Source of the DNA: Eledone cirrhosa
Taxonomy: Eukaryota
Direction: 5' to 3'
NCBI GenBank assembly: GCA_964016885.1
Contig: OZ024741.1
Span: 189,534,001 to 189,598,000, forward strand
Length of the DNA: 64,000 bases
Each line of letters begins with the position of its first letter. Positions within the stretch are counted from its first letter, which is position 1. A model generated the notes under the pieces. The model made no database searches, had not been told where the DNA came from, and saw only the letters and a program-made list of their open reading frames with translations. A program made the position numbers and the translations under genes. Shown here piece by piece: positions 45,001 to 58,140 of the stretch.

Positions 45001-48000
45001 CCAGCCACAACCCATTGAATCAATGACAAAATAAGTTTGCCAGATACTGCCAATCCACTATAAGAAAGTAACCAATCTCCAGCCACAACCCATTCAATCA
45101 ATGACAAAATAAGTTTGCCAGATACTGCCAATCCACTATAAGAAAGGCACCAATCTCCAGCCACAACCCATTGAATCAATGACAAAATAAGTTTCGCAGA
45201 TACTGCCAATCCACTATACGAAAGTCACCAATCTCCAGCCACAACCCATTGAATCAATGACAAAATAAGTTTCCCAGATACTGCCAATCCACTATATGAA
45301 AGTCACCAATCTCCAGCCACAACCCATTCAATCAATGCCAAAATAAGTTTCCCAGATACTACCAATCCACTATATGAAAGTCACCAATCTCCAGCCACAA
45401 CCCATTGAATCAATGACAAAATAAGTTTGCCAGATACTGCCAATCCACTATATGAAAGTCACCAATCTCCAGCCACAACCCATTCAATCAATGACAAAAT
45501 AAGTTTGCCAGATACTGCCAATCCACTATATGAAAGTCACCAATCTCCAGCCACAACCCATTCAATCAATGACAAAATAAGTTTCCCAGATACTGCCAAT
45601 CCACTATACGAAAGTCACCAATCTCCAGCCACAACCCATTGAATCAATGACAAAATAAGTTTCCCAGATACTGCCAATCCACTATACGAAAGTCACCAAT
45701 CTCCAGCCACAACCCATTGAATCAATGACAAAATAAGTTTCCCAGATACTGCCAATCCACTATAAGAAAGTCACCAATCTCCAACCACAACCCATTGAAT
45801 CAATGACAAAATAAGTTTCCCAGATACTGCCAATCCACTATACGAAAGTCACCAATCTCCAGCCACAACCCATTGAATCAATGACAATATAAGTTTGCCA
45901 GATACTGCCAATCCACTATAAGAAAGTCACCAATCTCCAGCCACAACCCATTCAATCAATGACAAAATAAGTTTGCCAGATACTGCCAATCCACTCTAAG
46001 AAAGTCACCAATCTCCAGCCACAACCCATTGAATCAATGACAAAATAAGTTTCCCAGATACTGCCAATCCACTATACAAAAGTCACCAATCTCCAGCCAC
46101 AACCCATTCAATCAATGACAAAATAAGTTTGCCAGATACTGCCAATCCACTATAAGAAAGTCACCAATCTCCAGCCACAACCCATTCAATCAATGACAAA
46201 ATAAGTTTGCCAGATACTGCCAATCCACTATAAGAAAGTCACCAATCTCCAGCCACAACCCATTCAATCAATGACAAAATAAGTTTGCCAGATACTGCCA
46301 ATCCACTATAAGAAAGTCACCAATCTCCAGCCACAACCCATTGAATCAATGACAAAATAAGTTTCCCAGATACTGCCAATCCACTATAAGAAAGTCACCA
46401 ATCTCCAGCCACAACCCATTCAATCAATGACAAAATAAGTTTCCCAGATACTGCCAATCCACTATAAGAAAGTCACCAATCTCCAGCCACAACCCATTGA
46501 ATCAATGACAAAATAAGTTTGCCAGATACTGCCAATCCACTATACGAAATTCACCAATCTCCAGCCACAACCCATTGAATCAATGACAAAATAAGTTTCC
46601 CAGATACTGCCAATCCACTATACGAAAGTCACCAATCTCCAGCCACAACCCATTGAATCAATGACGAAATAAGTTTCCCAGATACTGCCAATCCACTATA
46701 AGAAAGTCACCAATCTCCAGCCACAACCCATTGAATCAATGACAAAATAAGTTTCCCAGATACTGCCAATCCACTATACGAAAGTCACCAATCTCCAGCC
46801 ACAACCCATTGAATCAATGACAAAATAAGTTTCCCAGATACTGCCAATCCACTATACGAAAGTCACCAATCTCCAGCCACAACCCATTGAATCAATGACA
46901 AAATAAGTTTCCCAGATACTGCCAATCCACTATACGAAAGTCACCAATCTCCAGCCACAACCCATTGAATCAAATACAAAATAAGTTTCCCAGATACTGC
47001 CAATCCACTATAAGAAAGTCACCAATCTCCAGCCACAACCCATTGAATCAATGACAAAATAAGTTTCCCAGATACTGCCAATCCACTGTACGAAAGACAC
47101 CAATCTCCAGCCACAACCCATTCAATCAATGACAAAATAAGTTTGCCAGATACTGCCAATCCACTATAAGAAAGTCACCAATCTCCAGCCACAACCCATT
47201 CAATCAATGACAAAATAAGTTTGCCAGATACTGCCAATCCACTATAAGAAAGTCACCAATCTCCAGCCACAACCCATTCAATCAATGACAAAATAAGTTT
47301 GCCAGATACTGCCAATCCACTGTAAGAAAGTCACCAATCTCCAGCCACAACCCATTCAATCAATGACAAAATAAGTTTGCCAGATACTGCCAATCCACTC
47401 TAAGAAAGTCACCAATCTCCAGCCACAACCCATTCAATCAATGACAAAATACGTTTGCCAGATACTGCCAATCCCCTCTAAGAAAGTCACCAATCTCCAG
47501 CCACAACCCATTCAATCAATGACAAAATAAGTTTGCCAGATACTGCCAATCCACTATAAGAAAGTCACCAATCTCCAGCCACAACCCATTCAATCATTGA
47601 CAAAATAAGTTTGCCAGATACTGCCAATCTACTATATGAACGTCACCAATCTCCAGCCACAACCCATTGAATCAATGACAAAATAAGTTTGCCAGATACT
47701 GCCAATCCACTATAAGAAAGTCACCAATCTCCAGCCACAACCCATTCAATCAATGACAAAATAAGTTTGCCAGATACTGCCAATCCACTATAAGAAAGTC
47801 ACCAATCTCCAGCCACAACCCATTGAATCAATGACAAAATAAGTTTCGCAGATACTGCCAATCCACTATACGAAAGTCACCAATCTCCAGCCACAACCCA
47901 TTGAATCAATGACAAAATAAGTTTACCAGATACTGCCAATCCACTATATGAAAGTCACCAATCTCCAGCCACAACCCATTCAATCAATGCCAAAATAAGT

Positions 48001-51000
48001 TTCCCAGATACTGCCAATCCACTATATGAAAGTCACCAATCTCCAGTCACAACCCATTCAATCAATGACAAAATAAGTTTCCCAGATACTGCCAATCCAC
48101 TATATGAAAGTCACCAATCTCCAGCCACAACCCATTCAATCAATGACAAAATAAGTTTGCCAGATACTGCCAATCCACTATATGAAAGTCACCAATCTCC
48201 AGCCACAACCCATTCAATCAATGACAAAATAAGTTTCCCAGATACTGCCAATCCACTATACGAAAGTCACCAATCTCCAGCCACAACCCATTGAATCAAT
48301 GACAAAATAAGTTTCCCAGATACTGCCAATCCACTATACGAAAGTCACCAATCTCCAGCCACAACCCATTGAATCAATGACAAAATAAGTTTCCCAGATA
48401 CTGCCAATCCACTATAAGAAAGTCACCAATCTCCAACCACAACCCATTGAATCAATGACAAAATAAGTTTCCCAGATACTGCCAATCCACTATACGAAAG
48501 TCACCAATCTCCAGCCACAACCCATTGAATCAATGACAATATAAGTTTGCCAGATACTGCCAATCCACTATAAGAAAGTCACCAATCTCCAGCCACAACC
48601 CATTCAATCAATGACAAAATAAGTTTGCCAGATACTGCCAATCCACTCTAAGAAAGTCACCAATCTCCAGCCACAACCCATTCAATCAATGACAAAATAA
48701 GTTTCCCAGATACTGCCAATCCACTATACGAAAGTCACCAATCTCCAGCCACAACCCATTCAATCAATGACAAAATAAGTTTGCCAGATACTGCCAATCC
48801 ACTATAAGAAAGTCACCAATCTCCAGCCACAACCCATTCAATCAATGACAAAATAAGTTTGCCAGATACTGCCAATCCACTATAAGAAAGTCACCAATCT
48901 CCAGCCACAACCCATTCAATCAATGACAAAATAAGTTTGCCAGATACTGCCAATCCACTATAAGAAAGTCACCAATCTCCAGCCACAACCCATTGAATCA
49001 ATGACAAAATAAGTTTCCCAGATACTGCCAATCCACTATAAGAAAGTCACCAATCTCCAGCCACAACCCATTGAATCAATGACAAAATAAGTTTCCCAGA
49101 TACTGCCAATCCACTATACGAAAGTCACCAATCTCCAGCCACAACCCATTGAATCAATGACAAAATAAGTTTGCCAGATACTGCCAATCCACTATAAGAA
49201 AGTCACCAATCTCCAGCCACAACCCATTCAATCAATGACAAAATAAGTTTGCCAGATACTGCCAATCCACTCTAAGAAAGTCACCAATCTCCAGCCACAA
49301 CCCATTGAATCAATGACAAAATAAGTTTCCCAGATACTGCCAATCCACTATACGAAAGTCACCAATCTCCAGCCACAACCCATTGAATCAATGACAAAAT
49401 AAGTTTGCCAGATACTGCCAATCCACTATAAGAAAATCACCAATCTCCAGCCACAACCCATTCAATCAATGACAAAATAAGTTTGCCAGATACTGCCAAT
49501 CCACTATAAGAAAGTCACCAATCTCCAGCCACAACCCATTGAATCAATGACAAAATAAGTTTGCCAGATACTGCCAATCCACTATAAGAAAGTCACCAAT
49601 CTCCAGCCAGAACCCATTCAATCAATGACAAAATAAGTTTGCCAGATACTGCCAATCCACTAAAAGAAAGTTACCAATCTCCAGCCACAACCCATTGAAT
49701 CAATAACAAAATAAGTTTGCCAGATACTGCCAATCCACTATAAGAAAGTCACCAATCTCCAGCCACAACCCATTCAATCAATGACAAAATAAGTTTGCCA
49801 GATACTGCCAATCCACTATAAGAAAGTCACCAATCTCCAGCCACAACCCATTCAATCAATGACAAAATAAGTTTGCCAGATACTGCCAATCCACTATAAG
49901 AAAGTCACCAATCTCCAGCCAGAACCCATTCAATCAATGACAAAATAAGTTTGCCAGATACTGCCAATCCACTATAAGAAAGTCACCAATCTCCAGCCAC
50001 AACCCATTCAATCAATGACAAAATAAGTTTGCCAGATACTGCCAATCCACTATAAGAAAGACACCAATCTCCAGCCACAACCCATTCAATCAATGACAAA
50101 ATAAGTTTGCCAGATACTGCCAATCCACTATAAGAAAGTCACCAATCTCCAGCCACAACCCATTCAATCAATGACAAAATAAGTTTGCCAGATACTGCCA
50201 ATCCACTATAAGAAAGTCACCAATCTCCAGCCACAACCCATTGAATCAATGACAAAATAAGTTTGTCAGATACTGCCAATCCACTATACGAAAGTCACCA
50301 ATCTCCAGCCACAACCCATTCAATCAATGACAAAATAAGTTTGCCAGATACTGCCAATCCACTATAAGAAAGTCACCAATCTCCAGCCAGAACCCATTCA
50401 ATCAATGACAAAATAAGTTTGCCAGATACTGCCAATCCACTAAAAGAAAGTCACCAATCTCCAGCCACAACCCATTCAATCAATGACAAAATAAGTTTGC
50501 CAGATACTGCCAATCCACTAAAAGAAAGTCACCAATCTCCAGCCACAACCCATTCAATCAATGACAAAATAAGTTTGCCAGATACTGCCAATCCACTATA
50601 CGAAAGTCACCAATCTCCAGCCACAACCCATTCAATCAATGACAAAATAAGTTTGCCAGATACTGCCAATCCACTATAAGAAAGTCACCAATCTCCAGCC
50701 ATAACCCATTCAATCAATGACAAAATAAGTTTGCCAGATACTGCCAATCCACTATAAGAAAGTCACCAATCTCCAGCCAGAACCCATTCAATCAATGACA
50801 AAATAAGTTTGCCAGATACTGCCAATCCACTAAAAGAAAGTCACCAATCTCCAGCCACAACCCATTCAATCAATGACAAAATAAGTTTGCCAGATACTGC
50901 CAATCCACTATAAGAAAGTCACCAATCTCCAGCCACAACCCATTCAATCAATGACAAAATAAGTTTGCCAGATACTGCCAATCCACTATAAGAAAGTCAC

Positions 51001-54000
51001 CAATCTCCAGCCACAACCCATTCAATCAATGACAAAATAAGTTTGCCAGATACTGCCAATCCACTATAAGAAAGTCACCAATCTCCAGCCACAACCCATT
51101 CAATCAATGACAAAATAAGTTTGCCAGATACTGCCAATCCACTATAAGAAAGTCACCAATCTCCAGCCACAACCCATTGAATCAATGACAAAATAAGTTT
51201 GCCAGATACTGCCAATCCACTATAAGAAAGTCACCAATCTCCAGCCAGAACCCATTCAATCAATGACAAAATAAGTTTGCCAGATACTGCCAATCCACTA
51301 AAAGAAAGTTACCAATCTCCAGCCACAACCCATTGAATCAATGACAAAATAAGTTTGCCAGATACTGCCAATCCACTATAAGAAAGTCACCAATCTCCAG
51401 CCACAACCCATTCAATCAATGACAAAATAAGTTTGCCAGATACTGCCAATCCACTATAAGAAAGTCACCAATCTCCAGCCACAACCCATTCAATCAATGA
51501 CAAAATAAGTTTGCCAGATACTGCCAATCCACTATAAGAAAGTCACCAATCTCCAGCAAGAACCCATTCAATCAATGACAAAATAAGTTTGCCAGATACT
51601 GCCAATCCACTATAAGAAAGTCACCAATCTCCAGCCACAACCCATTCAATCAATGACAAAATAAGTTTGCCAGATACTGCCAATCCACTATAAGAAAGTC
51701 ACCAATCTCCAGCCACAACCCATTCAATCAATGACAAAATAAGTTTGCCAGATACTGCCAATCCACTATAAGAAAGTCACCAATCTCCAGCCACAACCCA
51801 TTGAATCAATGACAAAATAAGTTTGCCAGATACTGCCAATCCACTATAAGAAAGTCACCAATCTCCAGCCACAACCCATTCAATCAATGACAAAATAAGT
51901 TTGCCAGATACTGCCAATCCACTATACGAAAGTCACCAATCTCCAGCCACAACCCATTCAATCAATGACAAAATAAGTTTGCCAGATACTGCCAATCCAC
52001 TATAAGAAAGTCACCAATCTCCAGCCATAACCCATTCAATCAATGACAAAATAAGTTTGCCAGATACTGCCAATCCACTATAAGAAAGTCACCAATCTCC
52101 AGCCACAACCCATTCAATCAATGACAAAATAAGTTTGCCAGATACTGCCAATCCACTATAAGAAAGACACCAATCTCCAGCCACAACCCATTCAATCAAT
52201 GACAAAATAAGTTTGCCAGATACTGCCAATCCACTATAAGAAAGTCACCAATCTCCAGCCACAACCCATTCAATCAATGACAAAATAAGTTTGCCAGATA
52301 CTGCCAATCCACTATAAGAAAGTCACCAATCTCCAGCCACAACCCATTGAATCAATGACAAAATAAGTTTGTCAGATACTGCCAATCCACTATACGAAAG
52401 TCACCAATCTCCAGCCACAACCCATTCAATCAATGACAAAATAAGTTTGCCAGATACTGCCAATCCACTATAAGAAAGTCACCAATCTCCAGCCAGAACC
52501 CATTCAATCAATGACAAAATAAGTTTGCCAGATACTGCCAATCCACTAAAAGAAAGTCACCAATCTCCAGCCACAACCCATTCAATCAATGACAAAATAA
52601 GTTTGCCAGATACTGCCAATCCACTAAAAGAAAGTCACCAATCTCCAGCCACAACCCATTCAATCAATGACAAAATAAGTTTGCCAGATACTGCCAATCC
52701 ACTATACGAAAGTCACCAATCTCCAGCCACAACCCATTCAATCAATGACAAAATAAGTTTGCCAGATACTGCCAATCCACTATAAGAAAGTCACCAATCT
52801 CCAGCCATAACCCATTCAATCAATGACAAAATAAGTTTGCCAGATACTGCCAATCCACTATAAGAAAGTCACCAATCTCCAGCCAGAACCCATTCAATCA
52901 ATGACAAAATAAGTTTGCCAGATACTGCCAATCCACTAAAAGAAAGTCACCAATCTCCAGCCACAACCCATTCAATCAATGACAAAATAAGTTTGCCAGA
53001 TACTGCCAATCCACTATAAGAAAGTCACCAATCTCCAGCCACAACCCATTCAATCAATGACAAAATAAGTTTGCCAGATACTGCCAATCCACTATAAGAA
53101 AGTCACCAATCTCCAGCCACAACCCATTCAATCAATGACAAAATAAGTTTGCCAGATACTGCCAATCCACTATAAGAAAGTCACCAATCTCCAGCCAGAA
53201 CCCATTCAATCAATGACAAAATAAGTTTGCCAGATACTGCCAATCCACTAAAAGAAAGTTACCAATCTCCAGCCACAACCCATTGAATCAATGACAAAAT
53301 AAGTTTGCCAGATACTGCCAATCCACTATAAGAAAGTCACCAATCTCCAGCCACAACCCATTCAATCAATGACAAAATAAGTTTGCCAGATACTGCCAAT
53401 CCACTAAAAGAAAGTTACCAATCTCCAGCCACAACCCATTGAATCAATGACAAAATAAGTTTGCCAGATACTGCCAATCCACTATAAGAAAGTCACCAAT
53501 CTCCAGCCAGAACCCATTCAATCAATGACAAAATAAGTTTGCCAGATACTGCCAATCCACTAAAAGAAAGTCACCAATCTCCAGCCACAACCCATTCAAT
53601 CAATGACAAAATAAGTTTGCCAGATACTGCCAATCCACTAAAAGAAAGTCACCAATCTCCAGCCACAACCCATTCAATCAATGACAAAATAAGTTTGCCA
53701 GATACTGCCAATCCACTATACGAAAGTCACCAATCTCCAGCCACAACCCATTCAATCAATGACAAAATAAGTTTGCCAGATACTGCCAATCCACTATAAG
53801 AAAGTCACCAATCTCCAGCCATAACCCATTCAATCAATGACAAAATAAGTTTGCCAGATACTGCCAATCCACTATAAGAAAGTCACCAATCTCCAGCCAG
53901 AACCCATTCAATCAATGACAAAATAAGTTTGCCAGATACTGCCAATCCACTAAAAGAAAGTCACCAATCTCCAGCCACAACCCATTCAATCAATGACAAA

Positions 54001-57000
54001 ATAAGTTTGCCAGATACTGCCAATCCACTATAAGAAAGTCACCAATCTCCAGCCACAACCCATTCAATCAATGACAAAATAAGTTTGCCAGATACTGCCA
54101 ATCCACTATAAGAAAGTCACCAATCTCCAGCCACAACCCATTGAATCAATGACAAAATAAGTTTGCCAGATACTGCCAATCCACTATAAGAAAGTCACCA
54201 ATCTCCAGCCAGAACCCATTCAATCAATGACAAAATAAGTTTGCCAGATACTGCCAATCCACTAAAAGAAAGTTACCAATCTCCAGCCACAACCCATTGA
54301 ATCAATGACAAAATAAGTTTGCCAGATACTGCCAATCCACTATAAGAAAGTCACCAATCTCCAGCCACAACCCATTCAATCAATGACAAAATAAGTTTGC
54401 CAGATACTGCCAATCCACTATAAGAAAGTCACCAATCTCCAGCCACAACCCATTCAATCAATGACAAAATAAGTTTGCCAGATACTGCCAATCCACTATA
54501 AGAAAGTCACCAATCTCCAGCAAGAACCCATTCAATCAATGACAAAATAAGTTTGCCAGATACTGCCAATCCACTATAAGAAAGTCACCAATCTCCAGCC
54601 ACAACCCATTCAATCAATGACAAAATAAGTTTGCCAGATACTGCCAATCCACTATAAGAAAGACACCAATCTCCAGCCACAACCCATTCAATCAATGACA
54701 AAATAAGTTTGCCAGATACTGCCAATCCACTATAAGAAAGTCACCAATCTCCAGCCACAACCCATTCAATCAATGACAAAATAAGTTTGCCAGATACTGC
54801 CAATCCACTATAAGAAAGTCACCAATCTCCAGCCACAACCCATTGAATCAATGACAAAATAAGTTTGCCAGATACTGCCAATTCACTATACGAAAGTCAC
54901 CAATCTCCAGCCACAACCCATTCAATCAATGACAAAATAAGTTTGCCAGATACTGCCAATCCACTATAAGAAAGTCACCAATCTCCAGCCAGAACCCATT
55001 CAATCAATGACAAAATAAGTTTGCCAGATACTGCCAATCCACTAAAAGAAAGTCACCAATCTCCAGCCAGAACCCATTCAATCAATGACAAAATAAGTTT
55101 GCCAGATACTGCCAATCCACTAAAAGAAAGTCACCAATCTCCAGCCACAACCCATTCAATCAATGACAAAATAAGTTTGCCAGATACTGCCAATCCACTA
55201 TACGAAAGTCACCAATCTCCAGCCACAACCCATTCAATCAATGACAAAATAAGTTTGCCAGATACTGCCAATCCACTATAAGAAAGTTACCAATCTCCAG
55301 CCATAACCCATTCAATCAATGACAAAATAAGTTTGCCAGATACTGCCAATCCATTATAAGAAAGTCACCAATCTCCAGCCAGAACCCATTCAATCAATGA
55401 CAAAATAAGTTTGCCAGATACTGCCAATCCACTAAAAGAAAGTCACCAATCTCCAGCCACAACCCATTCAATCAATGACAAAATAAGTTTGCCAGATACT
55501 GCCAATCCACTATAAGAAAGTCACCAATCTCCAGCCATAACCCATTCAATCAATGACAAAATAAGTTTGCCAGATACTGCCAATCCACTATAAGAAAGTC
55601 ACCAATCTCCAGCCACAACCCATTCAATCAATGACAAAATAAGTTTGCCAGATACTGCCAATCCACTATAAGAAAGTCACCAATCTCCAGCCACAACCCA
55701 TTCAATCAATGACAAAATAAGTTTGCCAGATACTGCCAATCCACTATAAGAAAGTCACCAATCTCCAGCCACAACCCATTCAATCAATGACAAAATAAGT
55801 TTGCCAGATACTGCCAATCCACTATCAGAAAGTCACCAATCTCCAGCCACAACCCATTCAATCAATGACAAAATAAGTTTGCCAGATACTGCCAATCCAC
55901 TATAAGAAAGTCACCAATCTCCAGCCAGAACCCATTCAATCAATGACAAAATAAGTTTGCCAGATACTGCCAATCCACTATAAGAAAGTCACCAATCTCC
56001 AGCCACAACCCATTCAATCAATGACAAAATAAGTTTGCCAGATACTGCCAATCCACTATAAGAAAGTCACCAATCTCCAGCCACAACCCATTCAATCAAT
56101 GACAAAATAAGTTTGCCAGATACTGCCAATCCACTATAAGAAAGTCACCAATCTCCAGCCACAACCCATTCAATCAATGACAAAATAAGTTTGCCAGATA
56201 CTGCCAATCCACTATACGAAAGTCACAAATCTCCAGCCACAACCCATTCAATCAATGACAAAATAAGTTTGCCAGATACTGCCAATCCACTATAAGAAAG
56301 TCACCAATCTCCAGCCAGAACCCATTCAATCAATGACAAAATAAGTTTGCCAGATACTGCCAATCCACTAAAAGAAAGTCACCAATCTCCAGCCACAACC
56401 TATTGAATCAATGACAAAATAAGTTTGCCAGATACTGCCAATCCACTATAAGAAAGTCACCAATCTCCAGCCACAACCCATTCAATCAATGACAAAATAA
56501 GTTTGCCAGATACTGCCAATCCACTATAAGAAAGTCACCAATCTCCAGCCATAACCCATTCAATCAATGACAAAATAAGTTTGCCAGATACTGCCAATCC
56601 ACTATACGAAAGTCACCAATCTCCAGCCACAACCCATTCAATCAATGACAAAATAAGTTTGCCAGATACTGCCAATCCACTATAAGAAAGTCACCAATCT
56701 CCAGCCACAACCCATTCAATCAATGACAAAATAAGTTTGCCAGATACTGCCAATCCACTATAAGAAAGTCACCAATCTCCAGCCACAACCCATTCAATCA
56801 ATGACAAAATAAGTTTGCCAGATACTGCCAATCCACTATAAGAAAGTCACCAATCTCCAGCCACAACCCATTCAATCAATGACAAAATAAGTTTGCCAGA
56901 TACTGCCAAGCCACTATAAGAAAGTCACCAATCTCCAGCCACAACCCATTCAATCAATGACAAAATAAGTTTGCCAGATACTGCCAATCCACTATAAGAA

Positions 57001-57286
57001 TGTCACCAATCTCCAGCCACAACCCATTCAATCAATGACAAAATAAGTTTGCCAGATACTGCCAATCCACTATAAGAAAGTCACCAATCTCCAGCCACAA
57101 CCCATTCATTCAATGACAAAATAAGTTTGCCAGATACTGCCAATCCACTATAAGAAAGTCACCAATATCCAGCCACAACCCATTCAATCAATGACAACAT
57201 AAGTTTGCCAGATACTGCCAATCCACTATAAGAAAGTCACCAATCTCCAGCCACAACCCATTCAATCAATGACAACATAAGTTTGC
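1..57286. repeat. 78-bp tandem satellite array, about 734 head-to-tail copies, truncated by the window start
   Basis: Consensus GCCACAACCCATTCAATCAATGACAAAATAAGTTTGCCAGATACTGCCAATCCACTATAAGAAAGTCACCAATCTCCA repeats continuously, usually with 0-3 substitutions per monomer. The last monomer ends at ...GACAACATAAGTTTGC (57286). No inversions or foreign insertions were seen. Confidence 0.99.
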
Positions 57287-57430
57287 AATTGAGAAACTGC
57301 AAGTTATACAGTGTTCACAATTAGTTAATTAGTTAATATATTGGCAGTGTTTAGTTAATGATATTTCAGTATCAAATTTCTGGAAAAACAGACATAAAAT
57401 GGTGATGATGACATAAATAAATAAATAAAC

Positions 57431-57449
57431 ATATATATATATATATATA
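57431..57449. repeat. (AT)n microsatellite
   Basis: ATATATATATATATATATA in the AT-rich flank of the satellite. Confidence 0.9.
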
Positions 57450-57765
57450 ATAAATAAATACAATATCGGAGAAAGCTTTTTAGCGATACTCCGGCCAAAT
57501 TCCACCTCACTCAACAAACATTAGGAAATAAATGATTATATTCCCAATTATGTGTTCGGGGTGCTAACTAATAGTATTGCTTTGAAAGTTGGCTGTATTA
57601 TTTCAAATGAGACATATCTAATATATCTCTTCCCAGACGGACGTCTCGTTTCATTATAGGATTCCTACAATTTGGCTGAAATTATACCAATTTATGTAGG
57701 AGCGTGTATACCATCAATAGATATATATTCAAGTGGGCTCCTATAATTCATCAGTGGGTGCCCCA

Positions 57766-57798
<33 letters not shown>

Positions 57799-57801
57799 TA
57801 T
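57766..57801. repeat. (AT)n microsatellite flanking the 3' end of a LINE remnant
   Basis: About 18 AT units with one AC interruption. Confidence 0.92.
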
Positions 57802-58139
57802 CTTGTGATGCTAGACTTCGCCAGTTACAGACTGCGCATCAACATGAGATATCTCTTTCCACAAAGTTCGATCACGCAGCAGAGTTTAAAGAGCAAAGAT
57901 CAAGTCCAGTCCATAAGTTGAGATTATCAAACCATCGTTTTGGCTGCCGGCCTCTGCTTCTCTTACCAGACAACCTTCCTTCCAGGCATAACCTACTCAC
58001 ACTACGAGTTGATCTTTTTATATGACCATATAGTTTGAGTACTCTTGACTTGACAATTGATGTAATTGGTCTAAGTTTGGTAATGTTGAGCAGCTCACTG
58101 ATACAGATATGGTCGCTGAGCCGCTTGCCAGTCACAAAT
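57802..58139 (-). mobile_element. RTE-type non-LTR retrotransposon remnant, 3' (non-inverted) segment
   Basis: ORF 57872-58135 reads ...KLYGHIKR...LEGRLSGKRSRGRQPKRWFD..., resembling the GH..R / G.R.RGRP..RW.D C-terminal motifs of RTE-clade ORFs. It ends against (TA)n. Confidence 0.8.
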
Positions 58140-58140
58140 A

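Noticed and set aside
19999-55281. Nine 60-86 aa ORFs within the satellite as real genes
   Set aside because: They start at TTG, arise only where point variants remove the per-monomer stop, and recur through block duplication
1-57286. CRISPR array or other repeat-spacer system
   Set aside because: There are no unique spacers, the whole 78 bp repeats, there are no cas genes, and the context is eukaryotic TEs
12301-57286. Giant repeat protein under a TAA=Gln (ciliate-type) code
   Set aside because: Frequent TCA>TGA variants would still interrupt the frame, the flanking elements look metazoan, and nothing supports a reassigned code
57340-57373. Inverted satellite fragments (ATTGGCAGT, CAGTATC) just outside the array
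   Set aside because: Only 7-9 bp matches, compatible with chance
57329-57921. ORFs 57329-57517 and 57733-57921
   Set aside because: Low-complexity IYIY translations of (TA)n microsatellites
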